From an uncultured bacterium (GTDB lineage: Bacteria; DAOPZR01), in assembly GCA_964637655.1 (NCBI GenBank), contig CAZWUZ010000008.1:1-35047 (forward strand): a stretch of 35,047 nt of DNA, given 5' to 3'. Under the pieces are notes generated by a model. It was not told the origin of the DNA, did not search any database, and was given only the letters and a program-made list of their open reading frames with translations. Made by a program: the position numbers and the translations under genes. Below, piece by piece: positions 1 through 8,400 of the stretch; the stretch's first letter is position 1; each line of letters opens with the position of its first letter.

Positions 1-1332
1 GGCGCGGATATCCGCAACATCCTGTTGTTCCGCGAGGATTACCCGTCCGCGCGCATCATCAAGCTGGTGCGTAACTACCGTTCGTCGCGCACCATCATTG
101 CCGCGGCCAACAGCGTCTTCCGCCGGCACAAGCCGGCGGACCTGCGCAAGGAACTCGAGGCGGTGCGCACCGGCGCGGACGGTAAGGTGCTCGAGGGGGA
201 AAAAATCGCCCTGTTCACCGCTGATGACGAGGCGGACGAGGCGGCCTTCTGCGTCTTTGTCGTGCAGCGCGAACTGCGGGCGGGGCGCCCGGCGGGGGAA
301 TGCGCGATTTTCTACCGCACCAACGCGCAGGCGCGCCCGCTCAAGGATGCGCTGGCCGCGGCGGGCATCCCCTACCTCGAGTACGGCGACCACCGGTTCT
401 TCGCCCTGCGCGAGGTGGATAATACCCTTGCCTGGCTGCGCCTGACCGTCACCGTGGCGCGCCTGCGGCAGCAGGGGGCTGAACAGATGGAGGAACCGGT
501 GCTTGACGAGGCGACGCGCTGCCTGGGAACGCTGCTCGGGGTGCCGTGCTTCGGTTTTACGGAGGAGGAGCGTGCGGTGCTGCTTGGCGGCAGCGGGGCG
601 TGGCGGACGCTGACTGATGACGAGCAGTACGGCCTGGTCATGGCACGCCTTCCGGCGGAGGGACGGCAGCGGCTCGATGCCTTCATCGACCGGTTCTACC
701 GGGTGCTGGGCGTCGTGCATGGCGGCGACCTGGCCACGGGACTGGAACAGGCCTGGCAGGTGCTCGGCTACGCGGCGCAGGCGGCGGAACCGGACCAGAA
801 GGGGCGGTCATTGCAGCGCAACCTCGAGCTGTTCCGCCACCTGCACGGGCAGTGGGCGGCGCGGGTGGCGGACGCGGTGTTTCCCGACGGCATCGCGCGG
901 CTCGCGGCGTTTCTTGCCGCGCTTGACGAGCAGCGGCGCGACCCGCAGGCGGCGGTGGGCGCGGGCGGTGACGTGGTGCTGCTGATGACCCTGCACGCGG
1001 CCAAGGGACTGGAATTTCCCGTCGTCTGTTTCACCGGGCTGGACGACGGTATCTGCCCGTTCGCCCACTTCACCGACCGTGACCTGGACGAAGCGGGCCG
1101 GCAGCAGCGCTTCGGGGAGGAACTGCGCCTCTTCTACGTCGGGCTTACCCGGGCGCAGGAACGGCTCTTTCTCACCCGCGCGCGGCAGCGCACCCGCAAC
1201 GGGCGCAGTGTGCCGCTGGAACCGTCGCCGTTCCTCAAACTGCTGCCGGCGCACACGGTCACGCGCGGCGATACACGCGGCTCGCTGCTCAGCCGTCTGC
1301 GTGAGCAAGCCGGGTCGCTATGGGGCTCATGA
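1..1332 (+). CDS. UvrD/PcrA/Rep-family (SF1A) ATP-dependent DNA helicase, C-terminal part; 5' end lies outside the window
   Basis: Frame is open from base 1 (GADIRNILLFREDYP). It carries the SF1 motifs LVRNYRSSRTI, IFYRTNAQ, MTLHAAKGLEFPVV, EELRLFYVGLTRAQERLFLT and PSPFL. Stop TGA at 1330-1332. Confidence 0.93.
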   Translation, partial: GADIRNILLFREDYPSARIIKLVRNYRSSRTIIAAANSVFRRHKPADLRKELEAVRTGADGKVLEGEKIALFTADDEADEAAFCVFVVQRELRAGRPAGECAIFYRTNAQARPLKDALAAAGIPYLEYGDHRFFALREVDNTLAWLRLTVTVARLRQQGAEQMEEPVLDEATRCLGTLLGVPCFGFTEEERAVLLGGSGAWRTLTDDEQYGLVMARLPAEGRQRLDAFIDRFYRVLGVVHGGDLATGLEQAWQVLGYAAQAAEPDQKGRSLQRNLELFRHLHGQWAARVADAVFPDGIARLAAFLAALDEQRRDPQAAVGAGGDVVLLMTLHAAKGLEFPVVCFTGLDDGICPFAHFTDRDLDEAGRQQRFGEELRLFYVGLTRAQERLFLTRARQRTRNGRSVPLEPSPFLKLLPAHTVTRGDTRGSLLSRLREQAGSLWGS

Positions 1333-3200
1333 ACCGCCTGCGCACGCGCACGCTGCGCGGGCGCGTCACCCTGTTCTTCGTCGGGTTCGCTGTTGCCCTG
1401 CTCATTGTGCCCGGCTTTTTCTTCTACCGCACGGCGACCTCGTACCTTGAACGCGAACTGGCGGACCGGCTCAAACTCGGGGCGGGACTCGCCGCGCTGC
1501 AGTTCGAGGGAGAGACCCTGCTGCCGCTGCGTGCGGGTGACGAGACCACGCAGCGCTATGCCCTGTTGCAGGCGCGGCTGCGCCGGGTGCAGCAGGCGAC
1601 GGGCGCGGCGGAACTCCGGCTGATCGATCCGCAGCGGCTGACGCTGGTGAGCGTCGACGCCACGGCGGTAGGCGTCCCCTGCCGGCTGGCGGATGCGGAT
1701 GCGGTCGAAATCGGCCGGGCCATGGCTACGGGTGAGCCGCAGGTCAGCCATTTGTACGGGGACGGGAGCACCTACCACATGGCGGCGTATGCGCCGGTGC
1801 GCGCGGCGGACGGGACGCCGGTGGCGCTGCTGCGTCTTGAAGGCAGCCCGCTGATCAGCGATTTTCTCGCCGCTTATCGCGACCGCATCCTGCTTTTTGC
1901 CGCGGTGGTGCTCTGCCTGTCACTGCTTGTCAGTCGCGTTCTCTCGCGCCAGGTCATCGAGCCGGTGCGCGAACTGGCCGCGGGGGTGCGCCGGCTCAGC
2001 GAGCGCGACTATGCCCCGGTGCGGGTCAGCGCGCGTGACGAACTCGGGTTTCTCGCCGAGGAATTCAACCGCATGGCGGAGACCATCCGCGGGCACGCGC
2101 AGGAACTGACGGCGTTGCACGCGCAGGCGGCGCAGCGCGCCGCTGATCTCGAGGTCTATAACCGCTATATCCTCGAAACCATCCGCAGCGGTATCGTCGC
2201 CTGCCAGCTCGACGGCACGGTGACGGTGGTCAACCGCAGCGCGCGCGCCATGTTCGCCCTGACTGCGGAGGTGGCCGGACAGCCGCTGGCGGAGGTTTTC
2301 GCCGCCTGCCCGGAACTTGGCGACCTGCTGACGGCGACGCTGGCGCAGCGCGAAAATCAGGTGCGCGATGACCTGGCCCTGACCGTGGCCGGGCGGCAGC
2401 GGCATTTCGACCTGCAGACCTCGCTGCTGCATGACGGGTCGGGCCGCCTGCTCGGGGTCATCCTCATGGCGGCGGAGACGACGCGCCTGCGCGAACTGCA
2501 GGAGGAAATCGAGCGCACCGAGCGGCTGGCGGCGGTTGGCACGCTGGCCGCGGGCGTGGCGCATGAAATCCGCAATCCGCTCTCGGGCATCAGCGGGTTC
2601 GTCGAACTGCTGCAGCGCAAGGTGACCGGAAACGAGGCGGCGCTGCGGCTCACCGATAAGGTGCGCGCTGAGATCAGCCACCTCAACCGTATCGTAACGG
2701 ATTTTCTGCAGTTTGCCCGCCCGCAGGCGCTCAATCTCACCCGGGTCGATCTGGCCGCCCTCTGTGCCGGTGCCGTGGCGGTTACCGCGGCGCATGCGGC
2801 GGAGCGCGGAGTGGCGCTGCGCCTCGCGCCGGGCCCGCCCGTCTTTTTGACGGCGGATGGTGAACAGTTGCGGCAGGCGCTGGTCAACATCCTGCGCAAC
2901 GCCGTCGAGGCAAGCGCAGCGGGACAGGCAGTGGTGCTCGCCTGGACGCCGGACGGGATGTTCGCGACCATCACGGTGCGCGATGATGGCGCGGGGATGG
3001 ACAATGCCGCGCGCAAGGCAATCTTCAACCCGTTCTTCACCACCAAGGATGACGGAACCGGGCTGGGACTGACGGTGACGCATACCATTATCGAGCGGCA
3101 TGGCGGGCACATTCGCGTCGATTCCGAACCCGGGCGGGGGACGGTGTTCACGGTGGCGCTGCCGCTGGCGGGCCAGCCCGGAAGAAAGGCACTGGTATGA
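1329..3200 (+). CDS. Membrane sensor histidine kinase (TM-periplasmic domain-TM, HAMP, PAS, HisKA, HATPase_c), NtrB/AtoS/PilS-like
   Basis: Two hydrophobic segments, HAMP (DELGFLAEEFNRM), PAS-like segment (ILETIRSGIV...VNRSA), H-box AHEIRNPL, N-box NILRNAVEA, DDGAG, IFNPFFTTK, GTGLGL. Start placed at ATG 1329, which overlaps the helicase stop as ATGA; the ORF track starts at 1320. Confidence 0.95.
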   Translation: MNRLRTRTLRGRVTLFFVGFAVALLIVPGFFFYRTATSYLERELADRLKLGAGLAALQFEGETLLPLRAGDETTQRYALLQARLRRVQQATGAAELRLIDPQRLTLVSVDATAVGVPCRLADADAVEIGRAMATGEPQVSHLYGDGSTYHMAAYAPVRAADGTPVALLRLEGSPLISDFLAAYRDRILLFAAVVLCLSLLVSRVLSRQVIEPVRELAAGVRRLSERDYAPVRVSARDELGFLAEEFNRMAETIRGHAQELTALHAQAAQRAADLEVYNRYILETIRSGIVACQLDGTVTVVNRSARAMFALTAEVAGQPLAEVFAACPELGDLLTATLAQRENQVRDDLALTVAGRQRHFDLQTSLLHDGSGRLLGVILMAAETTRLRELQEEIERTERLAAVGTLAAGVAHEIRNPLSGISGFVELLQRKVTGNEAALRLTDKVRAEISHLNRIVTDFLQFARPQALNLTRVDLAALCAGAVAVTAAHAAERGVALRLAPGPPVFLTADGEQLRQALVNILRNAVEASAAGQAVVLAWTPDGMFATITVRDDGAGMDNAARKAIFNPFFTTKDDGTGLGLTVTHTIIERHGGHIRVDSEPGRGTVFTVALPLAGQPGRKALV

Positions 3201-4576
3201 AACGGATCCTGGTGGTGGATGACAACGCGGCCATGTGTGAGGTATTGGCCGAGGCGCTCGGGGAGAAGGGGTATACGGTCGAGACGACGACGAGCAGCGA
3301 ACAGGGGGCGGATTTCCTCCGCCGGCGCGGCTACAATGTGCTGATCACCGACCTCAAGATGCCCGGCATCGACGGGCTGGAACTGCTGCGCCTTGCGCGG
3401 GCGGAAAATGCCGCGCTCGAAGCGATCATGATCACCGCGTTCGGCACGGTCGAAAGCGCGGTCGAGGCGATGAAACGCGGGGCCTCCGATTTCATCCTCA
3501 AGCCGTTCTCCGTTGCGGAAATAGAACTGAAGGTGGAAAAACTGCTCGAACGGCAGCGCCTGCAGAGTGAAAACCTGCTGCTGCGCGAGGAACTGCAGGA
3601 GCACTTCAATTTCGCCGAACTGATCGGGCACAGTGTGGGCATGAAAAAAATCTACGACCTGGTCCGGCGCGCCGCCCCGACCGATTCGCCCGTGCTGCTG
3701 CGCGGGGAGACCGGGACGGGCAAGGAACTCGTTGCGCGTGCCCTTCACGCCTACTCGCGCCGGGCCAAGCGGGCCTTTGTCAAGGTCAACTGCTCGGCCA
3801 TCCCGCACGGCCTGCTGGAGAGCGAACTCTTCGGCCACGAAAAAGGAGCGTTTACCGGGGCGGTTGCACGCAAGGACGGCCGCTTTATCGTGGCTGATCA
3901 GGGGACAATTTTCCTCGATGAGATCGGTGAGATGCCGGCCGCGATGCAGGCCAAACTGCTCAGGGTACTGCAGGATGGCGAGTTTATGCGGGTGGGCGGC
4001 ATAGAAACAATCAGTACGGATGTTCGTGTTATTGCCGCAACCAACAGGAACCTTGAGGACGACATACGCAGCGGGGTATTTCGTGAGGACCTGTTCTTCA
4101 GGTTGAACGTCATTCCCATGGAATTGCCGCCACTTCGTGAGCGTCGTGAAGACATCCCTGATCTGATGGCATATTGCTTGCATAAATTCAATATATTGTG
4201 TCGTAAACAGGTCAACAGCATAGACGAAGAGGTGCGCCGCGGGTTTCTGAATTATGCCTGGCCAGGCAATGTGCGTGAAATGGAAAACATTATCGAACGG
4301 GCTGTTGTGCTGTGTAACGGGGAGCGGATCAGCACGGAAAACATCCCCGTGGAAATTTTGACGAGCACTGCCAGAAAACCGGCAGAAAATCAGCGATACG
4401 AATTGTCGGGTGGCTTGACGGCGCTGGTTGAGCAGTTTGAAAAAGAAATCATCGAGCACGCCTTGCGGGAAAGCGAAGGCAGTCAGATGCGGGCAGCAAA
4501 ACTGTTGCAGTTGAACCGGAGCACGCTGCAGTATAAACTGCAGAAATACGGCATTACCGGCAGGAATGATGCGTAG
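3197..4576 (+). CDS. Sigma-54-dependent response regulator, NtrC family (REC + AAA+ + Fis-type HTH)
   Basis: REC (ILVVDD...ITDLKMPGIDG...KPF), Walker A GETGTGKE, ESELFGHEKGAFTGA, Walker B IFLDEIGE, FREDLFFRLNV, WPGNVRE, C-terminal HTH AAKLLQLNRSTLQYKL. ATGA overlap with the kinase stop. Confidence 0.97.
   Translation: MKRILVVDDNAAMCEVLAEALGEKGYTVETTTSSEQGADFLRRRGYNVLITDLKMPGIDGLELLRLARAENAALEAIMITAFGTVESAVEAMKRGASDFILKPFSVAEIELKVEKLLERQRLQSENLLLREELQEHFNFAELIGHSVGMKKIYDLVRRAAPTDSPVLLRGETGTGKELVARALHAYSRRAKRAFVKVNCSAIPHGLLESELFGHEKGAFTGAVARKDGRFIVADQGTIFLDEIGEMPAAMQAKLLRVLQDGEFMRVGGIETISTDVRVIAATNRNLEDDIRSGVFREDLFFRLNVIPMELPPLRERREDIPDLMAYCLHKFNILCRKQVNSIDEEVRRGFLNYAWPGNVREMENIIERAVVLCNGERISTENIPVEILTSTARKPAENQRYELSGGLTALVEQFEKEIIEHALRESEGSQMRAAKLLQLNRSTLQYKLQKYGITGRNDA
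4167..4182 (+). promoter_or_regulatory. Candidate sigma-54 (-24/-12) promoter inside the activator CDS
   Basis: TGGCATATTGCTTGCA, with GG at 4168-4169 and GC at 4180-4181 exactly 10 nt apart. Close to the TGGCACG-N4-TTGCW consensus and located in a local AT-rich patch. Confidence 0.5.
4369..4384. promoter_or_regulatory. Imperfect palindrome TGCCAG-AAAA-CCGGCA, candidate enhancer (bEBP binding site)
   Basis: Matches the palindrome at 16250-16265 at 14 of 16 positions. Confidence 0.35.
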
Positions 4577-5450
4577 CGTTCTGATCGCACTGATCCTGAT
4601 TGTCTCCGTCAACGTGATGCCGGCGGTGTCGGCTGACGATCTGGCCACCCAGTGGCAGACCATCAGCCGCATCGAGGAAAAACTGGCCGGGCTGAACCGC
4701 GAGGCGGCGACGGTCAGGGCGCAGCTCGACGAAACGGGGCGGAAGATTGCGGCGCTCAAGCAGGACGGAGTGTCACTGCTCGAGGAAATACGCCTGAACG
4801 TGCTGCTGCGCGAGAGCCAGGACCAGGCCCAGCAGCTGGCGACGCTGGAAGGGACCATCCGCACGCTGGCGGACACGCGGCTGACGCTGGTCGATCGCGC
4901 GCTGCTGGCGGTCAACCGGGAACTGGCGCGGCGCGCGGAGCGGCTCAAGGCGTTGCAGGCGGCGGGCGACCATGCCGGGTTCACCCAGCTGCTGACGGAA
5001 CTGGTCGGCTATGACAACTTCAAGCGGGCGCTTGAGGAGCGGCGCGAACTGCGCCTGGCGCGCCCGGCGGTGACGCTGCAGGTGGCGGACTGGAATTCCC
5101 CCGCGGAAGTGCGGGAAAAAGCGCTGATTCTGCGCGACGAGATCCGCGGCGCGGAGCGCGAGCTGGCGCTGACGCGCACGCGCATCAGCGAGGGACTGGC
5201 GGAGATCCGGCAGAAGGAGGAGATCATCCGCTTCGTGCGCGACCTGCAGCAGCTGCGCAGCGAGCGCGTGTCGGTGGTCGACCCGGCGGTGATCCCCCAT
5301 CTCGAGCGCGAAGCGGAACGGCGGCGCGGGGAGATCGCGCAACTGCGGCAGTACCAGGGGACGCTGACGGTGGAACTGGCGCGCCTGCGCGAGCAGGGCG
5401 ACCGCCTGACGGCGTACGCGGACCGCATGGAACGGGAACTGCTGCGGTGA
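4566..5450 (+). CDS. Hypothetical exported coiled-coil protein
   Basis: N-terminal signal peptide (MMRSVLIALILIVSVNVMPAVSA), then a Leu/Glu/Arg heptad-rich helical body. Overlaps both neighbouring genes. Alternative start at ATG 4569. Confidence 0.85.
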   Translation: MMRSVLIALILIVSVNVMPAVSADDLATQWQTISRIEEKLAGLNREAATVRAQLDETGRKIAALKQDGVSLLEEIRLNVLLRESQDQAQQLATLEGTIRTLADTRLTLVDRALLAVNRELARRAERLKALQAAGDHAGFTQLLTELVGYDNFKRALEERRELRLARPAVTLQVADWNSPAEVREKALILRDEIRGAERELALTRTRISEGLAEIRQKEEIIRFVRDLQQLRSERVSVVDPAVIPHLEREAERRRGEIAQLRQYQGTLTVELARLREQGDRLTAYADRMERELLR

Positions 5451-8400
5451 AAAAACTTCTGCTGGCCGGCCTGCTGCTGCTGTGGGCGTCCGCGTCTGTC
5501 GCGGCTCCGTGGTGGGAGGTGCATTTCACCGAGCAGCGCAGCAACTCCAGTTCGGCCTACGAGCAGGAAATATACGACTTCATCATGCAGGCCAACAGTT
5601 CGGTCTGGGTGACCAGCTATACCTGGGGCAACTCCTCGCACAACAAGCTGATGCTGGCGCTGAACGAGTTATATGCGCGGGGGCTGGATATACGGCTGGT
5701 CGGCGATAACACGTCGGCGTTCAACTCGTACATGGACGACTATGAAAAGCGCACTGACGCTGCCGCGGCTGACGCTGCCAACCTGCACCACAACAAATTC
5801 ATCGTCCTCGACTACAATACTGCCAACGCCAGGGTGATGACGGGTTCGACCAACTGGACCGACCCCGCCTACGCCACGCAGAACAACGACATCCTGGCCA
5901 TCAACGACCGCAACGTGGCCAACGCCTACGGGCGTGAATTTCTCGAACTGTGGACGGGCAACTTCCGCAGCGGCCCGACCGATGTCAAGGACTACACGGT
6001 CAGCGGGCACGCGGTCAACCTCTATTTCGCGCCCGAGGACGACCCGGGCAACACCTACCTGTCGAACCTGTTGCGCAATGCCGAGCACTGTATTTTCTTC
6101 CTGTCGTTCAACCACCAGCTGACCGACCTGATGAACCGGGCCATCGAACTGAAGAACCGCGGGGGGATCGTCGAAGGGGCCTACGAATCGATTTACGGCA
6201 GCATGTTCAACGGCTACATGGCGGCAGGCATCGACATCCGCCAGGACGGTAATACCGACCATCTGCACAACAAGCTCTACATCGTCGACCTGGAGACGGT
6301 GGCGACCGGGTCGATGAATCACTCGAACACGTCCAGTACCAGCACCGACGAAAACGAACTTTTCATCCACGATTTCCGCCTCGCCCGCGAGTACATGAAG
6401 CACTTCCACTTCTGCTACGACCAGGCGAGCCCGCAGGTTGCCACCCCGACACACGAGGACAACGCCCCGGCCATTGTCACCAATCTCGGGGCGGTCGATA
6501 CCCCCAATGACACGGGGCAGAGCATCACCGTGTCGTGGACCGGGGTGAACGACGCCGACCTTGCCGGCTACTACGTGTATATCAGCACGTCAGCCATCGG
6601 CAGCGTCGAGAACCTGATCCCCGAGAAATTCGTGCAGGGGGCGACGTCGACCACGCTCACCACCTACAACCAGGACGACCCCATCAGCAATAACACCGAT
6701 TACTACGTCGCGGTGGCGAGTGTCGACTGGCATGGCAACGAGAATTACAGCTGCCCGACCACCGGCCCGGTGCAGGCCACGGGCGTGATTACCGGCGCCC
6801 GCCCGTCCGGCACCATCGACTTTTCCGATTCCACCAGTCATATTGCCGGCGAGGCCTCGACCCTGGTCGCGGTCATCCACAACGACACGGCGGCGGTTTC
6901 CGCCATTGCCACGCTCACCATCAGTTTCGGTTCCGCGTCAGCCGGACTGAGCTTCACCCCGGTGGCGGCCGGCAGTCAGACCCCGCCCGCGGGCTGGACC
7001 GTGGTTGCAGTCACGGACACCACCATCACCTACAGCGCCCTGCAGGCGGGCAACCGGATCGCCGCGGACGGCAGCGAGACGTTCACCATTGCGGTGACCA
7101 ACCCGGTGACCGCGGGGACCAGCAACGCTATCACGCTTGACGTGGTGGCGGCCAACAGCGAAGTAGCCGCCGGGGTGACGCTGAGCAGCGGCCTGGTCAC
7201 CATCGCGCCGAGCGCGGTCCCGCTCTTTACGCTCGCCTGGGGCGCGGGTTCGAGCCAGCGCGGCGGCAAAAACGCGACCCTCGCGGTGGGTATGCATAAC
7301 GAAGCGGGGGCCGGCACCTCCATCCGCGAGGTGACCTTCTCGTTCGGCGCGGGGAACGGCGCGTTTACCGCGCGCGGCAGCGATGTGCAGGTCGCGCCGG
7401 CCGGGTGGATGGCGAGCGGGTCGGGCAACACCCTGACCTTTACCGCGTCCGATACGGCCTACTATCTCGCGGCGGGTGACACGCTGACACTGTCGCTCGC
7501 GGTGATCAACCCCGGCATCAGCCGGGCGAGCGATGTCATCACCGCGACGACCACCGACCGCAACGGGCTGCAGGTTCCCGGGGTGACGGTCGGGTCACTG
7601 ACCGTGCAGGCCACGGACGGCATCGTTTTCAACGAGTTCATGTACAACCCCGTCGGCAGCGACGTGTTGTTCGAGTACGTGGAACTCTATAACCGTACCC
7701 CGGTGACGGTGGAACTGGGCGGCTGGCAGATGAGCGCCGGCGGCGCGGTGACGACCATTCCGGCCGGCACGACGCTGGCCGCCTACAAGTTTATCGTCAT
7801 CGCCAGCACGCTGTCGCGCGGCACGGCGGGCGATGAATTCTACGAGTCGTATTCCTCGCGCTACGGCAACGGTGACGGCATCTGGATTGTCGATCCGACG
7901 ACTCCCGGCGAGGACTATCAGGTCATTGACGGCACTGATTTCGACCTCAATGATGATGCCGACTTCCTGACCCTGACCAGCGCCGATGCGACCTTCACGA
8001 CGACCGTCCGCTACAACGATGCGCTCAACGAGTGGGGCGGGGCGGACGGCACGGGCGCCTCGCTCGAGAAGATCGACCCGTCGATCGATGACGTCGGGAT
8101 CGTCGAACTCGACGGCCCCAACTGGGGCGCGCAGCAGATGACCAGCACCTACCCGGACGGCACCCCGGGTGTCACCAACAGCATTGCCGTGTCGCAGGTG
8201 CCGCCGGTGACCGGCCTGTCAGTCCGTTCGGTGACGGAGAATTCCGTCACCCTCGCCTGGTCGCCGCTGACGGAGTTTGCCACGTTTGCCGGCTACCATG
8301 TCTACTACGCCACGGCCAGCCCGGTGACGGCGGGGGCACTGGTCTGGAACGCGGTGCAGGACCCCAACCTGGCGCTCATGGCGACCGGGCGCACCACGGT

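Noticed and set aside
4558-4573. Third GG-N10-GC motif (CGGCAGGAATGATGCG)
   Set aside because: Poor -12 box, and it overlaps the start codon of the gene it would have to drive.
2357-4984. 875-aa minus-strand ORF
   Set aside because: Antisense shadow of the kinase and regulator genes; no recognisable motifs.
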